Shown here: positions 20,055 through 30,029 of the stretch, in pieces | How positions within the stretch are numbered: the stretch's first letter is position 1 | How the letters are laid out: each line of letters opens with the position of its first letter | Origin: an uncultured archaeon | GTDB lineage: Archaea > Altiarchaeota > Altiarchaeia > JAFGQM01 | Assembly (NCBI GenBank): GCA_964592405.1 | Contig: CAZQBY010000005.1 | Location: 1-64,000 of the forward strand | Length of the DNA: 64,000 bases | Direction: 5' to 3' | The notes under the pieces: model-generated | The model's input: only the letters and a program-made list of their open reading frames with translations | The model's database searches: none | Told to the model about the DNA's origin: nothing | Made by a program: the position numbers and the translations under genes

Positions 20055-20668
20055 TATTTCTTGACAGCCTCCTTATTCTCTCCCTTCTTTTTGTCTTTTG
20101 TTGTTGATTTTGTTTTTTTCTCGGCCTTTTTGGCCTCTGCCTCCAGCCAGTCGAGTGCACCCAATCCGGGTTGCCTCATTGTCAGGCCGATTTTTGTGTC
20201 CAGTAAAGTTGATTTTCGGCTTATGGTAACCACCCGTGCACGCACCCTGTCGCCAAGTTTGAGAGTCCTTTTAGTCTGTTTGCCATTAAACTGCTGCTCC
20301 TTCTCGTTGTAGTTGACAAAATCCTCCATTATCTGTGATACATGCACCAGCCCGTCTATCGGACCTATCGATATGAAGGCTCCAAATTCGGCTATCTCAT
20401 TAAATTCCCCTTCTACAATCTCCTGCAACTTGGGTTTGTAGGTCAGCATTGTGAATGTGGTATCATAATACGCTCCCCCATCCCCGGGGATTATATAGCT
20501 ATCACCTATATCCTTCACATTTATGGCCGCAACTATTATTCCCATATCAGGATCAATGCGCCCGACATATTCCTTGTCGAGTATCTCCTTCATACTTTTT
20601 ACAGGGTCCAGCCCGAACATATTGGGTGGAACCCTCACCGAATCACGCAATTCTATTTTGTAGTACAT
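20054..20668 (-). CDS. rpoE1: DNA-directed RNA polymerase subunit E' (Rpo7)
   Basis: VRVPP, GDGGAYY, FGAFISIGPIDGLVHVSQI, KIGLTMRQPGLG. Confidence 0.96.
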   Translation of the reverse strand: MYYKIELRDSVRVPPNMFGLDPVKSMKEILDKEYVGRIDPDMGIIVAAINVKDIGDSYIIPGDGGAYYDTTFTMLTYKPKLQEIVEGEFNEIAEFGAFISIGPIDGLVHVSQIMEDFVNYNEKEQQFNGKQTKRTLKLGDRVRARVVTISRKSTLLDTKIGLTMRQPGLGALDWLEAEAKKAEKKTKSTTKDKKKGENKEAVKK

Positions 20669-20759
20669 TTTATGGATTATTCTAAGAGAGAATAAGCGGT
20701 TTTAATTAGAAGTGGGACGTTTAAAAATAATGAAATAGGTTGGTTTGTAAATCAGGCCT

Positions 20760-22859
20760 TCAGACTCCATGGACTAGAATAAATATGCCTGCAAAAACTA
20801 TCGACACCATGGACATCAGCTTGATGAGTATGTTCAGGCTCGGCCCCGAGGTGTCCTTGAACGGGTCACCGACCGTGTCGCCAACGACCGCAGCCTTGTG
20901 GTTAGCGCTGCCCTTGCCCCCCAAGGCGCCCGCTTCGATGTATTTCTTGGCATTGTCCCATGCACCACCTGCATTGGCCATGAAGATTGCCATTACAAAA
21001 CCCGTTACAAGAGCTCCTGTAAGAAGGGCCACAACTGCGGCTGGGCCCAAGATTATGCCAACTGCAATTGGGGAGACAATCGCTAGCAGGGAGGGTAATA
21101 TCATCTCACGCTGTGCTGATTTTGTGGCAATGCCAACACATGCCCTATAGTCCGGCTTTGCCTTGCCCTCCATCAGACCTTTAATCTCCCTGAACTGCCG
21201 TCTGACTTCTTCCACTATACTGCCGGCTGCGCGTCCGACCGCACTCATCGTCATAGATGAGAATAGGAAGGGCAGCATACCTCCTATGAATAGTCCAATT
21301 ATCACAAACGGGTTTGTTAGTGAGAGATTCAGTATGAGGCTCTTACCCATCTGGCTGGCAACCCGGCTTACCTCGTTCTGGAAAGCCACCAGCAATGCAA
21401 GTGCTGTCAGGGCGGCCGAACCTATTGCAAACCCCTTGCCGGTGGCGGCTGTGGTATTACCCAGAGCATCCAAAGCGTCTGTTTTTTTCCTTATGTCTTC
21501 ACCCAATCCCGCCATCTCAGCTATCCCGCCGGCATTATCAGCCACCGGTCCGTAGGCATCTGATGCTAGGGTAATACCCAAGGTTGAGAGCATGCCAACT
21601 GCGGCTATACCTATACCATAAAGGCCAAGTGCCGGGTTGCTGACGCCCCCAGCTGTGAGGAAGGCTGCAGCAATTCCCGCACATATTGCTATGATTGGGA
21701 CCCATGTAGACCTCATACCTGTAGCCAGGCCACCGATTATTATGGTTGCCGGTCCGGTCTTGGACTCGCCTGCGAGGGCCCTTGTTGGCGTGTATTGCGC
21801 AGAGGTATAATATTCTGTTGAGAAGCCTATCACTATCCCGGCCACCAACCCTGATATTATTGAGAAGAACAGACCCAATCCGGCATCGCCCATGGTTTGT
21901 TGTACGACAAAAAAGGAGATTACTGCGGTTAGTATTGCTGCACCCCAGATGCCCCTTCTCAGGGCCCAAAGAAGATTTTTCTGAGTAGCCTTTTCTCCTG
22001 TTTTAATAAAAAACATTCCGATTATGGAGCATATTATGCCAACTGATGCAATCACAAGTGGAAGGGTCACGGCATTGAACAGCAGGTCTGAATGCATGAA
22101 AGCCACAGCCCCAAGGGACATCGCCGCTATAAGGGAACCAAGATAGGATTCGTATAAATCTGCTCCCATACCAGCCACGTCGCCTACATTGTCCCCGACA
22201 TTATCTGCTATAACCCCGGGGTTTCGTGGATCATCCTCCGGTATGCCTGCCTCAATCTTCCCGACCAGATCTGCACCGACATCAGCTGCCTTGGTGTAAA
22301 TACCACCGCCAACCCGGGCAAAGAGGGCCATGGATGATGCTCCCATCCCAAAGGAGAGCATGACTGATGCTATTTCCTGCAGGGCCATTCCCTGTGAAGA
22401 GAGTATGAAATACCAGAGCAGAATCTGGATCAGCGCCAACCCCACCACAGACAGGCCCATCACCCCACCTGCCGAAAAGGCTACTTTCAGTCCTGCATTC
22501 AGAGACCTTTGGACCGCGTTGGCGGTTCTTGAATTTGATTTTGTTGCTATTGTCATACCTACATACCCTGCAAGTGCAGACAGCAGTCCGCCTGTAAGAA
22601 AAGCAAACGGCACATAGATGTTCATAATTTTGTTGTTTAGGAGGGCCAGACACAGCAATATCAGAAATACTGCAATAAAGAACACAGCCAATGATTTGTA
22701 TTGTTGGGAAAGGTAGGCCTTTGCACCAGCATGTATGGCCGCCGATATCTCGCGCATCTTCTCCGTTCCCTCATCTTCCCGAAACACACGTATTGTCAGA
22801 TAGGCTGCTGAGCCCAAAGCAAGAACTGCCGCCACCGGCACTAACCAAAAGAAGTCCAT
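20760..22859 (-). CDS. hppA: Membrane-bound ion-translocating pyrophosphatase, K+-dependent type (probably Na+-pumping)
   Basis: [39 protein letters not shown] (Ala signature of K+-dependent enzymes), [14 protein letters not shown]. Confidence 0.95.
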   Translation of the reverse strand: MDFFWLVPVAAVLALGSAAYLTIRVFREDEGTEKMREISAAIHAGAKAYLSQQYKSLAVFFIAVFLILLCLALLNNKIMNIYVPFAFLTGGLLSALAGYVGMTIATKSNSRTANAVQRSLNAGLKVAFSAGGVMGLSVVGLALIQILLWYFILSSQGMALQEIASVMLSFGMGASSMALFARVGGGIYTKAADVGADLVGKIEAGIPEDDPRNPGVIADNVGDNVGDVAGMGADLYESYLGSLIAAMSLGAVAFMHSDLLFNAVTLPLVIASVGIICSIIGMFFIKTGEKATQKNLLWALRRGIWGAAILTAVISFFVVQQTMGDAGLGLFFSIISGLVAGIVIGFSTEYYTSAQYTPTRALAGESKTGPATIIIGGLATGMRSTWVPIIAICAGIAAAFLTAGGVSNPALGLYGIGIAAVGMLSTLGITLASDAYGPVADNAGGIAEMAGLGEDIRKKTDALDALGNTTAATGKGFAIGSAALTALALLVAFQNEVSRVASQMGKSLILNLSLTNPFVIIGLFIGGMLPFLFSSMTMSAVGRAAGSIVEEVRRQFREIKGLMEGKAKPDYRACVGIATKSAQREMILPSLLAIVSPIAVGIILGPAAVVALLTGALVTGFVMAIFMANAGGAWDNAKKYIEAGALGGKGSANHKAAVVGDTVGDPFKDTSGPSLNILIKLMSMVSIVFAGIFILVHGV

Positions 22860-22993
22860 TTTTGGTCTGATTATGGTTCCCAGATTGCCCCCTAGTTTGT
22901 GTTGGTTCTGAAGTGGAGTTTAAAGAAATGTATATAAAAATAAAAAAGGTTAAAAGCGGGTTTTTGGGGCTGCCTATTTTGTAGGTAGTCTAT

Positions 22994-23371
22994 CTAGCCT
23001 ATCTCAAGCTTGCTGCGGTTGCGTACAAAGATTGTAGGGACTTTGAGGCTTTTGAGGCGCTTGCGCAGGGTGGAGTCATTGGTAGCGACCATAACATCTT
23101 TATGGTTCTTGGCATAGCTTACTATGACATCGTCTGCCTTACCTTCAGCTTCCACAACCTCTATGTTGCGCGCCAGGTGTATACCCAGTCTGGCTGCACT
23201 GCGCTCCCCACCCTTTCCATTGCGCGCCAGCCGCTCTAACTCTTCCTTCACTGGTTTGATTGTTATCATCTGGTAGGGCTCTTCTATTATCCGGTCGAAC
23301 TCTGACATTATATTGACCCCCAGCTGGAAAGGAACCAAGAAGAAGTTTGTATCTAGGAGAATGTGTTTCAT
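22994..23371 (-). CDS. PIN-domain protein (Fcf1/Utp24-like, DUF188)
   Basis: ILLDTNF, EEL, ADD, VATND..LRKRL; start at MKHILLD. Confidence 0.88.
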   Translation of the reverse strand: MKHILLDTNFFLVPFQLGVNIMSEFDRIIEEPYQMITIKPVKEELERLARNGKGGERSAARLGIHLARNIEVVEAEGKADDVIVSYAKNHKDVMVATNDSTLRKRLKSLKVPTIFVRNRSKLEIG

Positions 23372-24108
23372 TCTTGCAGTTTCCTTGCAATTGTTATGAA
23401 ACCCGTATGCCCTATCATGCGCGTCTTTGGCCTGCATCGTTGCCTGCCAACCTCCCAGTCGCGCACCAGAACCTCAATGGTTCTGACATCCTGAAACTGT
23501 CGGGGCAATTGGGTGACAAGCCGCTTGACCTGTTCGATGGAGGGTGAGTAAGAAGCCAGATATCCTCCAAATTTCAGCGCACGCAGGGCATGGGCCGATG
23601 CCCTCCATGGCTCTGGGAGATCCAAAATTACCGCATCTACTCCTTTCTCGTCTATACCCTCATAGACATCCCTATTTTTGAGCTCCACGACACCATCAAG
23701 CCCGGCTTCCTCCAGATGCCGGCGTGCTTCTTGCTGGTGTTCCTGTCGGATTTCATATGAATAAACCCTGCCCTCTGGTTGAACAGCATTGGCAAGCATT
23801 AGTGTCAGGCCGGCCACACCCGTCCCGGCCTCTACAACGCGGGCACCGCTGGAAAGGCCTGTGAAAGCTATTATTATAGCCGCATCTTTTGGGTAGATTA
23901 TCTGGGCCCTTTTTGGCATTTTTTCTATAAAGTCGGTTATTGATGGTTCGGTTATAAAGAAGGTTCTGCCCTTATGTGTCCTGATCATCCCACTATAGTT
24001 AATCTTCTCAAGGTCTGCCAGTTTGATGACCCCCCCATGGGTATGCAACTCCTTACCCTTTTCAACCAGCTGGCGTTTTCCCTTTTTGTCTATCAGAAGC
24101 CTTCTCAT
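23368..24108 (-). CDS. trmI: tRNA (adenine57/58-N1)-methyltransferase
   Basis: AQIIYPKD, EAGTG, LDLPEPW, YSPSIEQV, GHTGFIT. Confidence 0.93.
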   Translation of the reverse strand: MRRLLIDKKGKRQLVEKGKELHTHGGVIKLADLEKINYSGMIRTHKGRTFFITEPSITDFIEKMPKRAQIIYPKDAAIIIAFTGLSSGARVVEAGTGVAGLTLMLANAVQPEGRVYSYEIRQEHQQEARRHLEEAGLDGVVELKNRDVYEGIDEKGVDAVILDLPEPWRASAHALRALKFGGYLASYSPSIEQVKRLVTQLPRQFQDVRTIEVLVRDWEVGRQRCRPKTRMIGHTGFITIARKLQE

Positions 24109-24120
24109 TCTGCATGTCTG

Positions 24121-24540
24121 CTACCACCTCTTCTCAACTCCAAGTTCTTTGTCGATCTCGGCGGCTATCCTGCGCATTCTCTCGAATATCCTCTGTGAGT
24201 CGCGCATCATATCCTCAATGGTCTCTTCAAGACTTGGCTGCCGTAGGGCATACCTGCGCCCGGATATGCGCGCAATAAGGCCGGAACTGTGGAATTTTTT
24301 TAGGTGGAATAGAACCGTGCCGCGTGTAAGATTGAGCTTCCTTGCAATCTCTGTAGATGTTTTTGGCTCGCCGCTTATGGATGCCTCCACCAGTGTTTTG
24401 AAAACTTTATATGTGGACTTGTCTTCATCTTTCTTGGTAAATAGGTTGAGAGAACGGCATAACCATTCGATATCATCCTCTTCACGTGCCTTGGGTGGTG
24501 GTTGTAGATCTTGAAGATATATTCTTCTTTTACTCTCCAT
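24121..24540 (-). CDS. Winged-helix (ArsR-like) transcription regulator
   Basis: TSTEIARKLNLTRGTVLFHLKKFHSSGLI; divergent from hsp20. Confidence 0.8.
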   Translation of the reverse strand: MESKRRIYLQDLQPPPKAREEDDIEWLCRSLNLFTKKDEDKSTYKVFKTLVEASISGEPKTSTEIARKLNLTRGTVLFHLKKFHSSGLIARISGRRYALRQPSLEETIEDMMRDSQRIFERMRRIAAEIDKELGVEKRW

Positions 24541-24651
24541 TCTTTGGCCGAAATGTTTTTATAGATAGTACTTCAAAAGTTAATAGTTTATTGTTTTTGT
24601 ATTAATTAGTATTGTTTAATTATAGGGTTTAATTATAAAAATGTGATTAGA
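24541..24651. promoter_or_regulatory. AT-rich divergent promoter region with tandem GTTTAATTATA repeats
   Basis: GTTTAATTATA at 24614-24624 and 24627-24637; TATA-like TTATAAAA. Confidence 0.45.
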
Positions 24652-25209
24652 ATGGTTTTCAGAAGAAAGAAAGATGATAAGGAAGATCCGTTTGATGATG
24701 TATTTAGGCGACCCTTTGATGCGGATCCGTTTGAGGACTTCTTTGGTAATTTTCGCAGGATGAATGAGATGGTCAATGAGCTCATGCGCAATATGTTCCG
24801 CGGAGCTGATATAAGGTCCGGCAAGCCGTTTGTCTATGGATTTTCAATAAAGACCGGGCCGGATGGCAAGCCGGTTATACGGGAATTTGGTAATGTAAAA
24901 CCCGGTCAGATGCCAATGGTGAGTGATGCACGCGAACCGTTGGTGGATGTGATAGAGGGGGAGAAGGATATAACAGTTATAGTCGAGCTTCCGGGGGTAG
25001 AGAAGAAGGACATCAATCTTGAGGTTGTTGGTGGTGCTTTGGAGATTAAGGTGGACACCCCCCAGAAGAAGTATTATAAGTCCGTCCAGCTCCCGGACGA
25101 GGTGATTGAGGATACCGCAAATGCTACTTACAACAATGGGGTGTTGGAAGTCAAACTAAGGCGCAAGACAGTGAAAAAGGAAAGAGGAAAAAGAATTAAG
25201 ATAAAGTGA
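24652..25209 (+). CDS. hsp20: Small heat-shock protein Hsp20 (archaeal type)
   Basis: PFVYGFSIKTGPDGKPVIREFGN, EPLVDV, ELPGVEK, ATYNNGVLEV. Confidence 0.93.
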   Translation: MVFRRKKDDKEDPFDDVFRRPFDADPFEDFFGNFRRMNEMVNELMRNMFRGADIRSGKPFVYGFSIKTGPDGKPVIREFGNVKPGQMPMVSDAREPLVDVIEGEKDITVIVELPGVEKKDINLEVVGGALEIKVDTPQKKYYKSVQLPDEVIEDTANATYNNGVLEVKLRRKTVKKERGKRIKIK

Positions 25210-25219
25210 GGCGTGTGTG

Positions 25220-27394
25220 ATGAAACTCAAGTTAAGTGTTAGGGAAGCACCCAAGAGTGATGTGGGTAGAGGGATAGTTAGAATCAGCTCTAAAGCCATG
25301 CAGAAACTTGGGGCAACAAGTGGTAGTATAGTCAGTATCAAAGGTAAAAAGGAGGCCGTTGGTGTAGTATGGCGGGATATTGAGGAGGAAGGGGCTGAGG
25401 ATATAATCCGTATGGATGGTATATTGAGGAGTAACGCGGGGGTTGGCTTGGACGAGGATGTTGAGGTTCAGGTGATAGGGGCCAAATATGCCAAAAAATT
25501 GGTGCTTTCACCAACACAGGCCATCCAGTATGGTTCTGGATTTGTGGAATATGTTCATGAGCGGCTCCTGAATAAGCCTTTTGTTAAGGGAAACAAAGTT
25601 CTGGTGGATGTTATGGGGACTCCGCTCATGTTTGTTGTGACATCCACTGCGCCGGGAGGGGCTGTTGTCATTTCTGAGGATACCGACGTTACAATAGCCA
25701 AGAAGGTTGCTAGTGTGAAGGAAGGTGTCCCATCCGTCAGTTATGAAGATATTGGGGGTCTAAAGGAAGAAATTGAGATTATAAGGGAGATGATAGAGGT
25801 TCCGATGAAATACCCGCAGGTGTTTAAGAAGCTGGGGATTTCTCCGCCAAAGGGAGTCCTGTTGCACGGTCCTCCGGGAACCGGTAAGACGCTTCTGGCA
25901 AAGGCTGTGGCAAATGAAACAGATGCACATTTCATATATCTGGCAGGTCCGGAGATAATGAGCAAGTGGTATGGACAATCTGAGGAAAATCTAAGAAATG
26001 TGTTCAAGGAGGCTCAGGAGAATGCACCCAGTATAATATTCATTGATGAAATAGACGCTATAGCGCCTGCCAGAGAGGAGGTAAGTGGAGAGGTGGAAAA
26101 GCGGGTGGTATCCCAATTGCTGACATTGATGGATGGTCTGGAGGCTCGGGGTGAGGTAGTGGTCATTGCTGCAACCAACCGGCCTGATGCTGTTGATCCT
26201 GCCCTGCGCAGACCCGGACGTTTTGATAGAGAGCTGCAAATAGGTATACCAAACCGTGAAGCCAGAAAAGAAATACTCCAGATACATACCCGGGGTATGC
26301 CGCTGACCGAGAATGTAGATTTGGAACATCTGGCAGACATCACGCATGGATATTCTGGTGCAGATCTTGAGGCTTTGGCCAAGGAGGCTGCAATGCATGC
26401 ACTGAGAAAGGTGATGCCTGAGATAAAGAAGCTCAAGGAAAGTGAACTGACCAAGGACCTCCTAGATAGGCTACAGGTGACTGAAAAGGATTTTGAAGAA
26501 GCCATGAAAAGGGTCGAACCTTCTGCCATGAGAGAGGTGTTGGTGGATATACCCAAGGTTACTTGGAAGGATGTCGGTGGTTTAAAGGAAGTCAAGGAAG
26601 AGCTCATTGAGAGTGTTGAGTGGCCCCTGAAGTATAGCAGGGAGTTCGCAGAGGTGGGTATAAGCCCGCCAAAAGGGATTCTTTTATATGGCCCTCCGGG
26701 AACCGGTAAGACGCTTCTGGCAAAGGCTGTGGCAAATGAAAGTTCTGCTAATTTTATAGTAGTCAAGGGCCCGGAATTGTTGAATAAGTATGTTGGGGAG
26801 AGTGAGCGCAGTGTCCGGAAGGTGTTCAAGCGCGCACGGCAGGTGGCGCCGTCAATCATATTTTTTGATGAGATAGAGTCTTTGACCGGGACAAGGGGGG
26901 TACTAAGTGACAGTAGTGGAGTAAAGGAAAGTGTTGTTGCCCAATTGCTGAGTGAGATTGATGGTGTCTCTGAATTGAAGGATGTTGTTCTTATAGGGGC
27001 AACCAACCGGCCTGATTTGATAGATCCTGCCCTACTCAGGCCGGGCCGGTTTGAGAAAGTGATATATGTTCCCATGCCGGACAGAGAGGCGCGCATGGAG
27101 ATATTCAGAGTGCACACAAAGAATGTCAGGTTGCACAAGGATGTCAAACTAGATCGTTTGGTTGGCAAGACTGAAGGTTATTCGGGGGCAGATATTGAGG
27201 CAGTTGTCAGGAAGGCTGGCATGCTGGCCATACGGGATGCTATTGGTAGGAAGGGTAAAGGAAAGGGGACTAAAGTTTCCATGAAACATTTTGAGGAGGC
27301 TTTGGAGAAAGTCAAACCCAGTGTTAGTAAGGAGGAAAGTAGCAGGTATTGGAAAGGGCGAGGAGGTGCGCCTGCTGACATAAATGTGGCTTAG
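25220..27394 (+). CDS. cdc48: CDC48/VAT family AAA ATPase
   Basis: N-domain plus two AAA modules (GPPGTGKT twice, FIDEID/FFDEIE, RPGRF twice). Confidence 0.96.
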   Translation: MKLKLSVREAPKSDVGRGIVRISSKAMQKLGATSGSIVSIKGKKEAVGVVWRDIEEEGAEDIIRMDGILRSNAGVGLDEDVEVQVIGAKYAKKLVLSPTQAIQYGSGFVEYVHERLLNKPFVKGNKVLVDVMGTPLMFVVTSTAPGGAVVISEDTDVTIAKKVASVKEGVPSVSYEDIGGLKEEIEIIREMIEVPMKYPQVFKKLGISPPKGVLLHGPPGTGKTLLAKAVANETDAHFIYLAGPEIMSKWYGQSEENLRNVFKEAQENAPSIIFIDEIDAIAPAREEVSGEVEKRVVSQLLTLMDGLEARGEVVVIAATNRPDAVDPALRRPGRFDRELQIGIPNREARKEILQIHTRGMPLTENVDLEHLADITHGYSGADLEALAKEAAMHALRKVMPEIKKLKESELTKDLLDRLQVTEKDFEEAMKRVEPSAMREVLVDIPKVTWKDVGGLKEVKEELIESVEWPLKYSREFAEVGISPPKGILLYGPPGTGKTLLAKAVANESSANFIVVKGPELLNKYVGESERSVRKVFKRARQVAPSIIFFDEIESLTGTRGVLSDSSGVKESVVAQLLSEIDGVSELKDVVLIGATNRPDLIDPALLRPGRFEKVIYVPMPDREARMEIFRVHTKNVRLHKDVKLDRLVGKTEGYSGADIEAVVRKAGMLAIRDAIGRKGKGKGTKVSMKHFEEALEKVKPSVSKEESSRYWKGRGGAPADINVA

Positions 27395-28980
27395 TTCAAT
27401 TTCGCCTCCACGGTTGTAAAAATCGGGCCTTTGAGCATTAATTCCTTCTTTTTTGATTGCAGATAGCGCATTACATGGTCGTCTATTTTTATATTCAGGT
27501 CCGGCGCCGTCTTAGCTATTTTGAACTGGTGGGAATATGATCTACCGGCTTTTGCAGCCTCTTCAATACCCGCTGCGAAATAATCGGAAATGGCGCGCAG
27601 GTAGGATATTCCGGTGTTTATCCCGTTTTTCCGTATCTCCTTCACCTTTTCGTTTTCATTGAACCCTTCTTTTGGTATGCCATAAATCCCCCCTTTGTAG
27701 ACATATATCTCATTCATGGCGGCTGGTCCCAAAAGCCGGGTGTTGGCTTCATTTTCTAAGATCGCGACGGTCATATTCCGGCCAGCTATCTTCCCGGAAA
27801 AAACCTCAAAGCTGCAGGGAGACGGTGCATCTGCATTCTCGGCTGCAGTTTTCTGGATGGCTTCCGAGAGTTCTCTGCCTTTTGTTGTTGTGGGGGCGCG
27901 GTCCACATGTATTGCACGCAGTATATCCTCGTCGGACAGCTCCATGGCTTGGTAAAACTGTGGAAACATTACCTCACGAACATCTGTGATGTTTTCTTTT
28001 ATCATAATTATTCTCTCTATGCCAAAGCCTGCATTGAAGGTTGGGTATTTGATATCATAGTTTGCCAAGGCTATGGGTGAGTACATGCCGATATCGGCTA
28101 CCTCTATTCTCCCAGAGTTGCTTCTGGCAAAAACCTCCAATTCGCTTCCATTGGTGTAATAGGTGGAGGTTGTTTGTTTTTGTTCGTATTCAAGATCCTT
28201 GAAACCGAGAGGCCCAAGTATGCTGGCCGTTATTGCCTTCCCGGCTTCCAGCTCCATCTCTGGATCACATACGACACAGCTGGCTCCATAGTGCGCGCGC
28301 AGATGGGTAGCATCAACCCTCTGCTCCCTCCGGAATCTCAGACCTATGGAAAAGAGTTTTATGGGGAACTCCAGTCTGTCCTGTAATGCTCTGAGTGTTG
28401 GGAACCATGCTGCAGTCATGTGACTGCGGAGAGTTGTGGTTGTCGGCTCTGCCCGCAGGTTTTTCAGTTCATCAAATAATGAGAGTATCTTGGTGGCCTG
28501 TTCTGTTTCTATGTCAAGCCTCTGTCTTATTGTTTCAACTAAATCGTCCCCCTCTATGCGACCTAGTTTATAGTCGCGGAGAACCTCCTTTAGTTTTCTG
28601 GCATGTGTGTTGTTGAAGTTGGGGGCTACTTTTCTTATTTCCAGGATTTTTGCTTCACTTAACCCAATATCCGGGCGCGGTATGCCTGCCAGATAATAGC
28701 AACGGTCCAGTATTGCAGGTGCCTCCGGACCATACTGTCTGTAAACTTCTTGCTCATCAATAAAGAGCGTGTTCTCAACCTCTCTAAACCCAAGCCGCAG
28801 GAAGATGGAACGGATCTTATGGACGGTATTCTGGATCGGGTGTGGTTCTGGTTTGGTTGGTTTGAGTAGTTTGGTTATGAAGGCCTTGTTTGGTTTGGGT
28901 ATCCACTTCCCGGCCTTCTTCCAAGTGCCGAAGAAATCTTTTTTGGCTTCTTCCTGAATCTTTTTGGTATTATATATCAT
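27391..28980 (-). CDS. sepS: O-phosphoseryl-tRNA(Cys) synthetase (SepRS)
   Basis: QYGPEAPAILDRCYYLAGIPRPDIG, LRSHMTAAWF, FRREQ.VDATHL, YSPIALANYDI, LLGPAAMNEIYV; start at MIYNTK. Confidence 0.92.
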   Translation of the reverse strand: MIYNTKKIQEEAKKDFFGTWKKAGKWIPKPNKAFITKLLKPTKPEPHPIQNTVHKIRSIFLRLGFREVENTLFIDEQEVYRQYGPEAPAILDRCYYLAGIPRPDIGLSEAKILEIRKVAPNFNNTHARKLKEVLRDYKLGRIEGDDLVETIRQRLDIETEQATKILSLFDELKNLRAEPTTTTLRSHMTAAWFPTLRALQDRLEFPIKLFSIGLRFRREQRVDATHLRAHYGASCVVCDPEMELEAGKAITASILGPLGFKDLEYEQKQTTSTYYTNGSELEVFARSNSGRIEVADIGMYSPIALANYDIKYPTFNAGFGIERIIMIKENITDVREVMFPQFYQAMELSDEDILRAIHVDRAPTTTKGRELSEAIQKTAAENADAPSPCSFEVFSGKIAGRNMTVAILENEANTRLLGPAAMNEIYVYKGGIYGIPKEGFNENEKVKEIRKNGINTGISYLRAISDYFAAGIEEAAKAGRSYSHQFKIAKTAPDLNIKIDDHVMRYLQSKKKELMLKGPIFTTVEAKLN

Positions 28981-29000
28981 CGTGAGGGGGGTCACTTCCG

Positions 29001-30029
29001 CTATTTGGGTTGAGGCTCCTGTGGGGCGCCGGGATATGGGGGTGGGGGTAGGGGCACCAGCGGTCGTTCTCTTCTGGAATTCATATACCAAAAGAGTAGA
29101 ATGGCAGATATTATGGTTATGATTATCATGAGCAGGTTTCTTTCATTCAGCGCATACAGGAATGCCGCGGCTATCACAATAACAACCACCCCTTCAAAAA
29201 GCCCCCATTTGGAGCGCACCTTCTCATTTTTGGCTACTGCCCCCCTGTCCCTGCTGAATACTTCTTTGCCCTTCTTTGCAATAACATCTTTCCATTTTTT
29301 GGGGGTTTTTAGGAGTTCAATATCATCTAGTAAACGATCCATCCATGTCTTGGCCCTGAGAGGTATATCATCATAGTTGATTGGGTAACCACCACACCCA
29401 TCTATCCGGACGTTGTGGGTGCGCTTTTTGATGGTAAGCCAGAAGCGGTAGACTGGGGACCATATGAGTTCAAATCCGGCAACCGAGACATTGTCTTTGT
29501 CTGCCCGCAACGCTCCAGATATCTTCTGTTTGACAAAATGTTCCAATCTTGTTTCACTGATTTTTGGTTCCACTACCTTTGCATCGCCCCCTACCTGACC
29601 CATCTCGTCGCTTAGATCTACAAGCTCAATTGGCTCATGATCCCGAAGGTCTTGCAGGTAATCTGCCAGCGCACCGGTTACAGCATCAATAGCAACCCGC
29701 CCTCCAATTTCCTCAGAATCTATGACATTCCCATTCTCATCTCGCATAACCAGTTCACAGGTATATGTAAAGAACCAGTAGGGTTGGAACAACAGTTCCC
29801 AGCCAATAACCTCATATTTCCTCTGATTCTTCTCCTTCATGAAATCCTTTAGAATGGAATTGGCAGTATCCTGATCTACCAAGGTGGGGAGCGTCAGGCG
29901 CCTCTTGACCTTCTTTTCTTTCTTCCCCTCTCCCTGCTCTTCAGTTCCCTTCCCATCCAGTCCGAATATGCTGTCTTCCAGATCTCTCACAAGATCATCA
30001 AAGTCAGCATTTTCATCTCCCTCCGGCAT
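29001..30029 (-). CDS. Hypothetical protein with duplicated soluble domain, two C-terminal TM helices and Pro-rich tail
   Basis: Long ORF in operon orientation; internal repeats ELLFQPYW..IDAVTG and ELIWSPVY..IDGCGG. Confidence 0.7.
   Translation of the reverse strand: MPEGDENADFDDLVRDLEDSIFGLDGKGTEEQGEGKKEKKVKRRLTLPTLVDQDTANSILKDFMKEKNQRKYEVIGWELLFQPYWFFTYTCELVMRDENGNVIDSEEIGGRVAIDAVTGALADYLQDLRDHEPIELVDLSDEMGQVGGDAKVVEPKISETRLEHFVKQKISGALRADKDNVSVAGFELIWSPVYRFWLTIKKRTHNVRIDGCGGYPINYDDIPLRAKTWMDRLLDDIELLKTPKKWKDVIAKKGKEVFSRDRGAVAKNEKVRSKWGLFEGVVVIVIAAAFLYALNERNLLMIIITIISAILLFWYMNSRRERPLVPLPPPPYPGAPQEPQPK

Noticed and set aside
26014-27168. 384-aa minus-strand ORF
   Set aside because: Antisense shadow of cdc48; its internal repeat only mirrors D1/D2
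28981-29091. Pro/Thr-rich N-terminal extension of SepRS in the ORF track
   Set aside because: Overlaps the upstream gene's end; SepRS-like sequence begins at 28980
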